From the NCBI GenBank assembly GCA_973895155.1, contig OZ316896.1:18402754-18466753 (forward strand): a stretch of 64,000 nt of DNA. The letters run 5' to 3'. Each line of letters begins with the position of its first letter. The stretch's first letter is position 1. A program made the translations under genes and the position numbers. Of the stretch, positions 10,416 to 20,431 are shown in pieces. The notes under the pieces were generated by a model that was not told the DNA's origin, made no database searches, and was given only the letters and a program-made list of their open reading frames with translations. Source of the stretch: Marsupella aquatica. Lineage: Eukaryota > Plantae > Marchantiophyta.

Positions 10416-10676
10416 ATGCCACCTATCCGATCTTTGGGAACATTAAGAATTAGGAATTTGAGGAATCGTTATGTTAATTCTTGGGTTCTGAGCCTGAGAG
10501 GGAGGAATGGCATACATTGGTTAACTATCACCTGGTGGGAAGATGAAAGTTTGCATTTAGTAATATTAAGGCTGAATGGTAGGATCACACAGGAGTGATA
10601 TTTAGTCATTTCCATTCGGGAGTTAGCGGAAAGAATCATGCACCAGGAATTGCGTAGAAGATTAGGAAGGAGTTAG
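10416..10676 (+). pseudogene. Conserved small leader protein (MPPIRSLGTLR family) of element B with an internal TGA at 10596-10598
   Basis: Strong similarity to the family A ORF 24978-25229 continues in frame past the stop (YLVISIRELA vs YVIISIQELA). Confidence 0.75.
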
Positions 10677-11220
10677 ACGTCTGATTAGTAGGATGGCCTA
10701 GTGTAGCGTACCATGTGGTAAAGAAATTTCAGGGTGAAGGAAGTCGGAGATTATGGGGAACGCCCGGTTCCAGTAATCGCCACCGTAAAGGAGATAAGGA
10801 AGGACGCCGCGAAGAGCGTCCAATGCGATTCGTCCCAGAAGATTCCGCAAGTCAGGACGCTTCGAGTAGCGTCCGATCCCAGTGGACGCTGTGAGCAGCG
10901 TCCGGTGGAATCTGTGACGAACCAACGTGCGCGACGCTTCTGGTGTGCCTTTCCGCGTCTCAACCTGAAGGACGCACCAGAGAAAACGAGGTTTTAGAAT
11001 CTCGGCTGGTCACAGAAGGGAAGTATTAGCTACGGGATAGCAAGGGGGAGGAATCATGCAAGGGATGTTGAACGACGCTACGGGAAGTCACTTTGAGGAA
11101 GCAGGTTCATATCTCCCGGAGTGGGGTGATAACGTCGCACCTAAATGGTGACTCCTTGCATAAAGACTCCTGAGGAGCGGGTCTGGTGTCTCAAAATCAC
11201 CCGTGCTTGGAGAATGAGGG

Positions 11221-14200
11221 ATGTCTGAGGGAGATCCACCGAATAAAAGAAAACCTACCAAGACCTCCAGTAATTCGGATGCTGCAAAATTAGTAGTGAC
11301 CCCTCGCACATTGTTACCCGAATTCCAGTCACCAGGAGCACCTGCACCGGGTAGTGTGTGGAAACAAGTGGGATCTATTCAAGAGGCAAGTGGCTCTTTG
11401 GAAAGGCCCACGTCGACCCGACCCCTGTTTGTAAATCTTCGTTCAGGTCCAAAACTTATTGGTTCTCAAAAGACCAAGCTCCGCCAGCAGACAGTACGTT
11501 CGGTGAACCAAATTGACTCTGGTGTGGATAGTACCACTGAGAGGGCCTTATCTCATACCGAAGGAAGAAATTTGGGTTTGCCCGAGAATACAGTTGCAGA
11601 ATCGCTGGCCCAAGATAATTCTGTCGATCTTTCACAATTGGATAATCCAGAACCACTGAGTGAAGCCGGTGGTTCGTCTTCTAGTGAGACAAGCAGCAGT
11701 TCAGGCTTGGGCAGCCCAAACCCATTTGCTACCCGATCAGCTCTTCCTTTCGTTACCCTCCTAGCTCCAACCACGATGGCTCGAAATAATGTGAGGTACG
11801 ACCGGTTCTTCGGTACTTCCAAGGAGGATGCAGAGGTGTATTTGAAAGAATTTGAAGCTGCAGCTGCATCCAATGGACAGAGTCAAGACGCTGAAAAAGC
11901 CAATCTGTTTGGTGGTCTAATGAAAAAGGGTGCTCAGAAATGGTATGACCGTTTTCCGGACAAGCAGGATTGGGGGAAATTGAAGGCTGCTTTCTTGGCC
12001 AAATATAAAGAAGAAGGAGCAGCTGCGCGTGCCTTTGCCCGAATCTCACATCTGCACATGAAGAAACATGGGTCTGTGAGGAAATATGCCGACAAATTAT
12101 TGGATTTGGTAGATCAATATAATCCAGCTACCTCGAAATCTACTATCAAGGACTGGTTTATTAACGGTTTACCCTCCAGGATTGCTCGTTACGTGAGACG
12201 AGAAGGTGGCACCACTTTGGAAGAAGTACAAGAGGCAGCCCAGAAGTACGTAGACTCGGAGATTTCAGAGAGAAAACGAGTTAAGAAGGACCTGAAGAAA
12301 GACAAAAGAAAGAAGAAGAAAACGTCCAGGTCTAAATCTGACTCGGAGACGGAATCAAGTGAAAGTAGCACTAGTGAGGAGGACGAGAGTACAAATTCGA
12401 GCACTAGTGATAGTTCAAGCTCAAGTTCCGACTCAGAATCCGTTGCTCCTAAAAAAAAGAAATCCTCTGTAAAAGGGAATAATAAAGTTCCCAACCAGAA
12501 GAAGATGGATCGCATGATGGAAGAACTCTCTGGCCAATTGTCCAAGTTGAATGTCAATATCGCCGCGGTAAAACCAGTACGAAGGTTGCCTGCTCCCATG
12601 AGAATGAACGTATGGTGCACCCGATGCAGTCAGCAGGGCCATTACCCGAACGAGTGCCCCACATTACGAACCCCGGTGAATTATGTAGATGGTCAAGAAG
12701 AGGCTGAGGAGTATGAGTACGATCCCACGTATACCGTCCAAACAGCACCCCCTGGACAGTATTTCCCACCACCTCCTGCTTCCAGACCGACTTGGGGACC
12801 ACCTAAGCCCACTTTCAATAAACCAACGTCAAGACCACCCATGGGACCCCCGGGAGGATACCCACCACGAGGAATGCCGCGTCAAAAAGGGGCTTGTTGG
12901 AATTGTGGCCAACCTGATCATTATTCACCCCAGTGCCCTTATCCCAAACAGGAGGTGGGGTATACACCTGTCTGTGGGAACTGTGGAAAAGAAGGACACT
13001 TACCGGTGGAATGCCCGAATCCGGCTAAGCCTAGGCTGATGGTTCGATTTGCTCAAGAGCCAGTTAAAGAAGCAAGTCGACCTGAAGCCAAGATTCGGAT
13101 GGTTTATTCTGAAGAGATGGAGCAATGCAGCTTCATTCAACATATGGATGTAAATCGGGTGGAATTAAAGCCAGATTCACTTTTTCATCAACCAGTATCC
13201 GGGGTGGTGCCTGATGTCTTGGTAAGTCATTTAGTGAAACCTGAAGTAGTTGGTATGCCGAATGATCGAGTTCAGAATCGGGATAAAGTTCTGACTAATA
13301 TTTACGCAACTACTCGTTCGAAGAAAAAGGAGACCAAGAAGCACGAGCATCAGAAGGTCGCGAAAGCTCCCAAGGATGAAGGGCGCAAGCCATGTAAGGA
13401 AGGCCTCGACAAAGAAGACGACCCTGCTTATGACCGATATGACCCAAAATACTTCTTGCCCGACATCTCTTTGGAAGTGAAAGACCATCTGGAAGAGCTA
13501 GTTAAGGAGCAAGTGCAATCTCCTAACCCACCAGTAGTAGTCAAAGCTAAAGAGCCACTGAAAAATCCAGGTTATGATATTGTTGAAGATGTCAAGAATC
13601 ATCCTGCACATATCACCATTGGGGAATTATTACAGGACAATCCGGTTTATAGGCGACAGCTGAGGAGCCTCCTTGCAGGAAAACGGAGGAAGAAGAAGTT
13701 ACCTTCTGTGGATGTGCTACGAACAGAGTGGGAGGACAAAGGACCGATGGAAATTGAGGTTCAAATCCAGGGGTGTGTCATTCGGAGAGTTCCTGTGGAT
13801 GGAGGAGCCAGCGTTAATCTGATTACACAGTCAGCAGCATTTAATTTGGGTTTCACTAAGTTTGAGCCCACTCCCAAGATTTTGCGCATGGCGGATCAGT
13901 CTCGTGTGGTACCCATAGGGAAGCTGACCAAAGTAGAAACTTTGATTGCTGGTGTCCCTTTTCTGTTGGATTATGTGGTTATTAATCCGGAAATACCATC
14001 CAGCTTTCCTGTTTTGTTAGGCCGACCATGGTTGTATAAGGCTCAAGTTCAGGTTAATTGGCAATCTCAAGAGCTTTCATTTGGGAAGCCTAAGGTGACT
14101 GTTAGTTGGGTTCCGGAACCACATTTTGGAGAAACACAAACAGATGATGGGTACACCTCGGATTTTTCGACCTCTTCGCTAGTCCTGCAGCCATTGGAAT

Positions 14201-14274
14201 TTGAACTGGAGGAAGTTCGTTACTTGGAAGTTTATCTGTCTGATGCTCCCATAAAACCAACTAGGCCCTCCTGA
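11221..14274 (+). CDS. Element B gag-protease polyprotein (1017 aa)
   Basis: Capsid-like region (MARNNVRYD...WFINGLP), three CX2CX4HX4C zinc knuckles, retropepsin VPVDGGASVN...LLGRPWL. Confidence 0.93.
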   Translation: MSEGDPPNKRKPTKTSSNSDAAKLVVTPRTLLPEFQSPGAPAPGSVWKQVGSIQEASGSLERPTSTRPLFVNLRSGPKLIGSQKTKLRQQTVRSVNQIDSGVDSTTERALSHTEGRNLGLPENTVAESLAQDNSVDLSQLDNPEPLSEAGGSSSSETSSSSGLGSPNPFATRSALPFVTLLAPTTMARNNVRYDRFFGTSKEDAEVYLKEFEAAAASNGQSQDAEKANLFGGLMKKGAQKWYDRFPDKQDWGKLKAAFLAKYKEEGAAARAFARISHLHMKKHGSVRKYADKLLDLVDQYNPATSKSTIKDWFINGLPSRIARYVRREGGTTLEEVQEAAQKYVDSEISERKRVKKDLKKDKRKKKKTSRSKSDSETESSESSTSEEDESTNSSTSDSSSSSSDSESVAPKKKKSSVKGNNKVPNQKKMDRMMEELSGQLSKLNVNIAAVKPVRRLPAPMRMNVWCTRCSQQGHYPNECPTLRTPVNYVDGQEEAEEYEYDPTYTVQTAPPGQYFPPPPASRPTWGPPKPTFNKPTSRPPMGPPGGYPPRGMPRQKGACWNCGQPDHYSPQCPYPKQEVGYTPVCGNCGKEGHLPVECPNPAKPRLMVRFAQEPVKEASRPEAKIRMVYSEEMEQCSFIQHMDVNRVELKPDSLFHQPVSGVVPDVLVSHLVKPEVVGMPNDRVQNRDKVLTNIYATTRSKKKETKKHEHQKVAKAPKDEGRKPCKEGLDKEDDPAYDRYDPKYFLPDISLEVKDHLEELVKEQVQSPNPPVVVKAKEPLKNPGYDIVEDVKNHPAHITIGELLQDNPVYRRQLRSLLAGKRRKKKLPSVDVLRTEWEDKGPMEIEVQIQGCVIRRVPVDGGASVNLITQSAAFNLGFTKFEPTPKILRMADQSRVVPIGKLTKVETLIAGVPFLLDYVVINPEIPSSFPVLLGRPWLYKAQVQVNWQSQELSFGKPKVTVSWVPEPHFGETQTDDGYTSDFSTSSLVLQPLEFELEEVRYLEVYLSDAPIKPTRPS

Positions 14275-17247
14275 CAATTAACTTCATCATCGGAAGTGGG
14301 CCCAGCAGCAGACGAACCTCCTAATACTGAGGCTAATAGGGATTTACACCATGATATGGGAGTGTCAGCTACCCTTGAGCCATTTGCACCAGAAGTATCC
14401 AAACTTGGACTTCAGCCGGCAAACCTCACGGATGGAATTGTGGATCCAAAAGCTTGTCAGAAAATCGAAATTGAGCCAGGCAAGTTTTTGAATATTGGTA
14501 AGCATATCGAAGGAGAGCTACGGGAACAGTATATCAGTTTATTAACCCAGTATAAAGATGTCTTTGCCTGGAGTCATTCTGATTTAAAAGGTATCCATCC
14601 ACATTTGGGCGAACATCGTATTGACCTTATGGAAGGAGCAGTACCTGTCCGACAGAGACAGTACCGTTTGAATCCCAAATATTCCATCCTGGTTAAAGAC
14701 GAGTTGGACAAGCTCACGACTGCTGGATTTATCTACCCGGTCTTGAGTAGTGAATGGGTCTCACCAATTGTCATTGTCCCCAAAAAGCCGGGACCCGATG
14801 GTAAAACGAAAATTCGCGTTTGTCAAGACTTCCGGAAGTTGAATGCTGCCACTCGGAAAGATCATTATCCTTTGCCATTTATTGATCTGGTACTTGATTC
14901 AGTGGCCTTGCATGAGTTATACAGTTTTTTAGATGGGTACTCTGGTTATAACCAGGTGTCCATTCGGAAGGAGGATCGCGACAAGACTACGTTCACCACC
15001 GACTGGGGTACATATGCATTTACCATGATGCCTTTTGGGCTGTGTAATGCCCCGGGTACTTTTCAGCGCATTATGATGATTATTTTTCAAGAATATTTGC
15101 GGCATTTCATGGAGATTTTTATTGACGACTTTTGTGTTTACGGGTCAGCGGCTGAACACCTCGTCCATTTGGAGAAGACATTTCAGAAGTGTAGAGAGGC
15201 TCAGTTGTGTCTTCATCCAGAAAAGTGCTTTATTGGTATGAAGGAGGGAATTTTGTTAGGCCATGTTATTTCACAACGCGGCATTGAGGTTGATACAGAG
15301 AAGGTTAGAGTAATTATGGAGTTGCAACCACCGACCGATTTAAAGCAGCTTCGTGCTTTTCTGGGACATGTGGGGTATTATCGTCGGTTCATTTATAAAC
15401 ATGCTAATATTGCCTTACCCTTAACCCAACTGTTAAAAAGTGATGTGGAATATACCTGGAATGAGGAGCGGCAGCAAGCATTCCAGTTGCTCAAGGATCG
15501 GTTAATCTCTGCACCTATTTTGTCACCCCCAGATTGGACTAAGAAGTTTCATGTCTTCATTGACTCTTCTGCGTTCTGCATTGGAGCTAATCTCAGTCAG
15601 AAGGATGTGGAAAACCGTGACCATCCAATTTACTATGCCAGCCGCCAAATGAGTGCAGCCGAGAAAAACTACTCCGTCACTGAACGGGAAGCTTTGGCCA
15701 TCGTCTTTGCGTGTAAGAAATTTCGTCACTATTTGTTGGGGTATCAGGTTACTTTTCACACTGATCATAATTCCTTAAAATATTTGGTTAACCAAGTGGA
15801 TCTCTCAGGACGAGTAGCCCGCTGGGTTTTACTACTCCAAGAATTTGATTATGAAGTTCATGTCCGACCTGGCAAACATCATGAGAATGCAGACTTCCTA
15901 TCTCGGTTACCTGGTCCGGAGAATCAGCATAATCTCTCCGATGAATTTCCTGACGAGCATTTGTGGCACATTGAAGGGGAGTCTTCTCGATATTTTAATA
16001 TTGTGCACATGCTGCTTCATGGAACGTTCCCTGAAGGCTTTAATGCGGAAGAACGAGCTGTCTTTGCTCATAAGGTGGGTCCCTATACCATTATTCGGGG
16101 CACTTTGTTTAAACAAGGTCCTGATCAACAATTGCGACGTTGTCTAGAGGATAGGGAACTTCCCCAAGTAATTGAAGCTTTACATTCAGGAGAAACCGGT
16201 GGGCATTATGCTGTGAATACCACAGTTAAGAAAATTTTGGATGCTGGATACTGGTGGCCTACTATGCATCGAGATACTTACAATTTTATTAAGACCTGTG
16301 ATCCCTGTCAAAGGATCGGGAAGCCCACTGCTAGTTCCAAATGGCCTCTTACGCCTATCCTTCCGTTGGCACCATTTGAGAAATGGGGGATTGATTTTAT
16401 TGGCCCAATTTCTCCAGCAGCTCGGAAAAGCCGAAGCAAATATATTATTCTGGCCACTGATTATGCCACCAAATGGGTAGAGGCGAAAGCTACTCGCAAG
16501 AATGATGCTATAACCGCAGCTGCATTTCTCTTTGAGCACATTATCACCCGGTTTGGTTGTCCTTTGGAGTTGGTAAGCGATAGGGGTTTGCATTTTCTTA
16601 ACTCAACTATTGAGTTAATCACTGACCTTTATCTTATCAAGCATCGCAAAACTACTCCTTACAACCCCCGAGCTAATGGCTTAACCGAGAGAGCTAATGG
16701 CATTATGGGCAAGATTCTGAATAAAATGGTAGAATCTCACAAGACAGATTGGGATGTGAAGCTCCATTCTGCATTATGGGCTTACCGCACCGCTGAGAAG
16801 ATTACAACTCTTCACACCCCCTTCTATCTGACCTATGGCCTGAATAGTATTATTCCAATAGAATTTTCGTTACCAACGGAACGTATCTTGGTACCACACC
16901 GACTCTCTCCTTCAGATAGTCTCTCACATCGGTTTTCCAATATTGTTAAATTAGAAGAAGTTAGACTTTTAGCATTAGACCATACAGTCACCATTCAGAA
17001 CCAGCGTAAACTTGCTTATGATAAGAAGCTGCGCGTAGTGCAGTTAGATGTTGGTGATTTAGCATTAGTCTTTGATTCTCGTTATATGCTATTTCCTGGG
17101 AAACTTCATACTCATTGGATTGGTCCTTACCGAGTTACACACATCTGGGATAATGGTTCAGTTTCATTGACTACCTTAGATGGTCACCCACTTAACACTA
17201 GAATCAATGGGTTTAGGATTAAACGGTACTATGAGTCTTCCATTTAG
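14275..17247 (+). CDS. Element B pol (RT-RNase H-integrase), intact; probably expressed by stop-codon readthrough
   Basis: Same motifs as family A pol; in frame with gag-PR across TGA-CAA-TTA. Confidence 0.93.
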   Translation, partial: QLTSSSEVGPAADEPPNTEANRDLHHDMGVSATLEPFAPEVSKLGLQPANLTDGIVDPKACQKIEIEPGKFLNIGKHIEGELREQYISLLTQYKDVFAWSHSDLKGIHPHLGEHRIDLMEGAVPVRQRQYRLNPKYSILVKDELDKLTTAGFIYPVLSSEWVSPIVIVPKKPGPDGKTKIRVCQDFRKLNAATRKDHYPLPFIDLVLDSVALHELYSFLDGYSGYNQVSIRKEDRDKTTFTTDWGTYAFTMMPFGLCNAPGTFQRIMMIIFQEYLRHFMEIFIDDFCVYGSAAEHLVHLEKTFQKCREAQLCLHPEKCFIGMKEGILLGHVISQRGIEVDTEKVRVIMELQPPTDLKQLRAFLGHVGYYRRFIYKHANIALPLTQLLKSDVEYTWNEERQQAFQLLKDRLISAPILSPPDWTKKFHVFIDSSAFCIGANLSQKDVENRDHPIYYASRQMSAAEKNYSVTEREALAIVFACKKFRHYLLGYQVTFHTDHNSLKYLVNQVDLSGRVARWVLLLQEFDYEVHVRPGKHHENADFLSRLPGPENQHNLSDEFPDEHLWHIEGESSRYFNIVHMLLHGTFPEGFNAEERAVFAHKVGPYTIIRGTLFKQGPDQQLRRCLEDRELPQVIEALHSGETGGHYAVNTTVKKILDAGYWWPTMHRDTYNFIKTCDPCQRIGKPTASSKWPLTPILPLAPFEKWGIDFIGPISPAARKSRSKYIILATDYATKWVEAKATRKNDAITAAAFLFEHIITRFGCPLELVSDRGLHFLNSTIELITDLYLIKHRKTTPYNPRANGLTERANGIMGKILNKMVESHKTDWDVKLHSALWAYRTAEKITTLHTPFYLTYGLNSIIPIEFSLPTERILVPHRLSPSDSLSHRFSNIVKLEEVRLLALDHTVTIQNQRKLAYDKKLRVVQLDVGDLALVFDSRYMLFPGKLHTHWIGPYRVTHIWDNGSVSLTTLDGHPLNTRINGFRIKRYYESSI

Positions 17248-17269
17248 AATTCCACCTGGGACAGGTTGC

Positions 17270-17285
17270 AATTTAAGTGGAGGGC
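17270..17285 (+). promoter_or_regulatory. Internal duplicate PPT of element B
   Basis: AATTTAAGTGGAGGGC, identical to 20414-20429. Confidence 0.75.
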
Positions 17286-17630
17286 GGTAGTTATACTTAG
17301 TTAGAATTAGTGACCCTCCCTAGTAAGTATTCGGCATATTTTTTTAATTTTTTTTAGTTACTTTCAGTTTTTACATTGGACGCTGTGAAAAGCGTCCATT
17401 GTAACTCGACGCTGGGGAAGCGTCCACTTAGTTTACAAAGGACGTTGTGCAGAGGTCCGCTTTTGTATTAGTTCAGTTGCATGAGACGCTGTGAGCCGAT
17501 GACTAGGCATCTTGTACAATGGCGGATTGCGACAGCTCAACGGGACGCTGAGGAGTAAGCAGTCGCGCTTCGCCCTAGTTCACTATGGAACACGATTCTC
17601 ACTGAGCTTACGGAGCTAACAAGTCACGCG

Positions 17631-19865
17631 ATGGCGGAGACTGAGCTGACGACGCGACCAATACTCGCAGACATTCCATCGAATGCAGTGCATAGGCGGC
17701 AGTTGAAGACGGCTCTGGCAAAAATGGGCTTGAAGAAGCTGCTTCAACTTCCTTGGAAGATTTGCGAATTCAGCCTTATCGATCAAGGTGTCTGGGACGC
17801 TGAAGAAAGGATTGGTGTGCGCTCGCGTCCCAGTGTTTGGACTGAAGCGCTCATAGCGAAGGTCTATTCGACGCCGATGGAGGGCGAGGATTTACAGAGG
17901 GTTGATTGTGAGCCTCGGGTTTATGTAGAATCCTTCTTCGCTCCAGGATCCTTCAAGAGGCGGAATGGATGGCTAGCGGCGGACTGCTTAGATAATTCTC
18001 TGCAGCGTCTATTTCGATTTCTGGCACCAATTTTCTACCCAGAAAGCCAGACGCGCATCACTCTTTCGTTCGCTGCAACGGTGATCTGTTCATTAGAACA
18101 GACGCAGTCTATCAATTGGACGAAGGTTTTGCACCGAGTAATTCATACTCAGGTCAAAAATTTTCGTAGCAGGCTGAAAACGGGGAAAATAAGGTGTACC
18201 TACTTGGCCCCTTATTTAGCTCACATTTACCATAAGTATGACTGTCTGCTTGTCTTGGAAAAAGATTTTTATCGCAACAATCAGAGAGCATCTACCGGTG
18301 AAGCAAATTATATGCCTGAAGTACGAGAAGTCCGAGCCAATTCCACAGTGGTAGAGCTATGTGCAATACTCGACTGTGAGGAACCTGAACTGGTGGGTGA
18401 AGTTCGGAAATTGAAAGAGACAAGAGCATCAGCTGAAGGGAGTGACGATCCGATTCTTCACCAACCAAGAGAGGCTCAAGTTGCCGAAGATGTTCCTTCA
18501 GCAATGCCAACAGGGTTGGAGCATTCTATGTCACCTCGACTCTCGTGTTCACCTTGTGCTGCCGAGCCTATTTATGATGTTGATCAGGATAATTCTGCTT
18601 CTCGGATGAATGTTGAAGATGAGGTGAGGGTGGATGAAGAAGGTTTTTCAGGGGAACCTCTTCAACATTCTACTGCTGAGGACGAGTATGATGGATTTAC
18701 TTCTACCCCTGTTTTGGTTCCCATAGAGGCAAATAGTGATGCTTTGCAGGCTTTACAGGAGTATGATTCGTCCGACTCTCTTAGTTCTAGCCCAAATATA
18801 GGTGAAATCCCTCTGGTCCAGGAGTCAGAAATATTAAGCTCAGCACCAGTTTCATTGGCTACAAACGAGGATAAAAACATTCGGGAGGAGTTTTCAGTGA
18901 CGTATACTCGAAAATCTTGGAAACGGTTGCGCCATGCTATCAGTCGACAGATCTTTCCTGAAGCATCTTCCCAGGATTTTGAACAGGGAGAAGCACCTGT
19001 CGGAACAGACGAGCTACCCCTTCCTGTACTTTTGACAGATCGAACTAACCAGGAAGTCTCTTTACCTAGCGATAATTTTAAAGAAGAACTTCCTGTTTTA
19101 GTACCAATGCATCCCATTGCAGATCAACCAGCTACTGTTGCAAGAGAAGAATTTGAACCACTGGAGCCCGAACCTTCTGCTCCTTCGTCTCCTGTTACAT
19201 TGCCAATTCGACCAGTTAAGGAGTCAGTGATTCCTTCCGCTATGCCAGATGTAATTTTCCGTTGGATAGGAGCACCAAGTGATGGAGAAGAAGACGAAGA
19301 CCCTCGCATTATCAGAGTACCTCCTCGACTTCGGCATACAGTGGATTTGCCACCCCGAAATCCTATCCCTAATTTGGCTTCAATTCACAGGTGGGAGAAG
19401 AAACATTTTCGAGTAGCTTTTCGACATCTGGAGATGGAGAGCATTTTGCAGCAGCAGCAGATTTTGCCAATGACATCCCATCCGAGGATTCGTAGTTTGA
19501 TTCGCACATATGAACCTGGGAAGGCGGTTCCTCCCATTGATAAGGACAGACGACATAAGTTTTCGGAGTTCGAAATTTGGTGTTGGGTGTATATGCTTCG
19601 ACGAGCTCAAGCTCCATTTCCGCCCCTTGTGCCGGAAATTCCATGGCCCTATCCATACTATGTTTGGGTTTGTCCTGGTGGGTTTGCTATTCCAATTAAA
19701 TATGAGAAGAAGCTTGTTAAGCTAAGGGAGCAGTTGATTACAAAACAATGTATGCTACCGGCTTCCCAAGGGTTCAAGTCGCTTAGGTGTTTAGCGTTCC
19801 TACCTATTATTCCTTCTTATCCGGATGTGATTATTCAAGGTGTTTTATCTAGGACACAGATTTGA
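17631..19865 (+). CDS. Element B accessory ORF3 (744 aa) in the env-like position, unknown function
   Basis: N-terminal ~200 aa homologous to family A ORF3 (GL..LL..PW, R.RPS.WT, NGW...C, FL.PI..P, NW..L, YL..Y..DCL); acidic disordered middle. Confidence 0.8.
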   Translation: MAETELTTRPILADIPSNAVHRRQLKTALAKMGLKKLLQLPWKICEFSLIDQGVWDAEERIGVRSRPSVWTEALIAKVYSTPMEGEDLQRVDCEPRVYVESFFAPGSFKRRNGWLAADCLDNSLQRLFRFLAPIFYPESQTRITLSFAATVICSLEQTQSINWTKVLHRVIHTQVKNFRSRLKTGKIRCTYLAPYLAHIYHKYDCLLVLEKDFYRNNQRASTGEANYMPEVREVRANSTVVELCAILDCEEPELVGEVRKLKETRASAEGSDDPILHQPREAQVAEDVPSAMPTGLEHSMSPRLSCSPCAAEPIYDVDQDNSASRMNVEDEVRVDEEGFSGEPLQHSTAEDEYDGFTSTPVLVPIEANSDALQALQEYDSSDSLSSSPNIGEIPLVQESEILSSAPVSLATNEDKNIREEFSVTYTRKSWKRLRHAISRQIFPEASSQDFEQGEAPVGTDELPLPVLLTDRTNQEVSLPSDNFKEELPVLVPMHPIADQPATVAREEFEPLEPEPSAPSSPVTLPIRPVKESVIPSAMPDVIFRWIGAPSDGEEDEDPRIIRVPPRLRHTVDLPPRNPIPNLASIHRWEKKHFRVAFRHLEMESILQQQQILPMTSHPRIRSLIRTYEPGKAVPPIDKDRRHKFSEFEIWCWVYMLRRAQAPFPPLVPEIPWPYPYYVWVCPGGFAIPIKYEKKLVKLREQLITKQCMLPASQGFKSLRCLAFLPIIPSYPDVIIQGVLSRTQI

Positions 19866-19877
19866 AGAACACCATTT

Positions 19878-20354
19878 ATGAGAGATATCAAACGGTGTTG
19901 TCATTTATATGTATATAAGCCGTTACTTTTGCAGCATCCTGCAATTGTTTCCTTCTTTCTCCTTCGAATTGATATTTATCTGCTCATGTGGGACATCAAA
20001 GCTACTATGGATTGTTGGAATTCTTTACCCCGTGCTTTCCAACATTCCTTTGAAGGCAAGATCAAACTGGGAGGACATGCTATTCAACACTTTGTTATTG
20101 ATCCAGGCTCTCGAATTAATTTCCTCTCCCACAGACTGTGCCAGCAATTTGTTCATCAAGAAGTACAACCGATATCTGCTCAGATATCAATCGATGGACG
20201 AATCATTAATCTTTGGGGAAGAGTTAAAGGAGTCCCAATACAGATCGGAGAAGAATTCCATGACCTCGATTTTTATATTCTGGATTCGGATATCTCCCAA
20301 CTCCCGTCAATGATTTTGAGCACTACTTGGATTATTAAGCCAGAATATTATTAA
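19878..20354 (+). CDS. Second, divergent retropepsin-like (aspartic protease fold) ORF of element B
   Basis: FVIDPGSRINFLS...GRVKGVPIQIG...LDFYIL...PSMILSTTW aligns with the main protease VPVDGGASVNLIT...GKLTKVETLIA...LDYVVI...PVLLGRPW. Confidence 0.7.
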   Translation: MRDIKRCCHLYVYKPLLLQHPAIVSFFLLRIDIYLLMWDIKATMDCWNSLPRAFQHSFEGKIKLGGHAIQHFVIDPGSRINFLSHRLCQQFVHQEVQPISAQISIDGRIINLWGRVKGVPIQIGEEFHDLDFYILDSDISQLPSMILSTTWIIKPEYY

Positions 20355-20413
20355 TGAAGAACATGTCACTCGCTTCTGATTCAATTCGGTCATGTCTTGT
20401 GGGGACACGGCGA

Positions 20414-20431
20414 AATTTAAGTGGAGGGCTA
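20414..20431 (+). promoter_or_regulatory. 3' PPT of element B
   Basis: AATTTAAGTGGAGGGCTA abutting the 3' LTR. Confidence 0.85.

Noticed and set aside
12189-12620. Antisense ORFs over Ser/Lys-rich gag regions (also 26787-27029)
   Set aside because: Shadow frames of low-complexity coding sequence.
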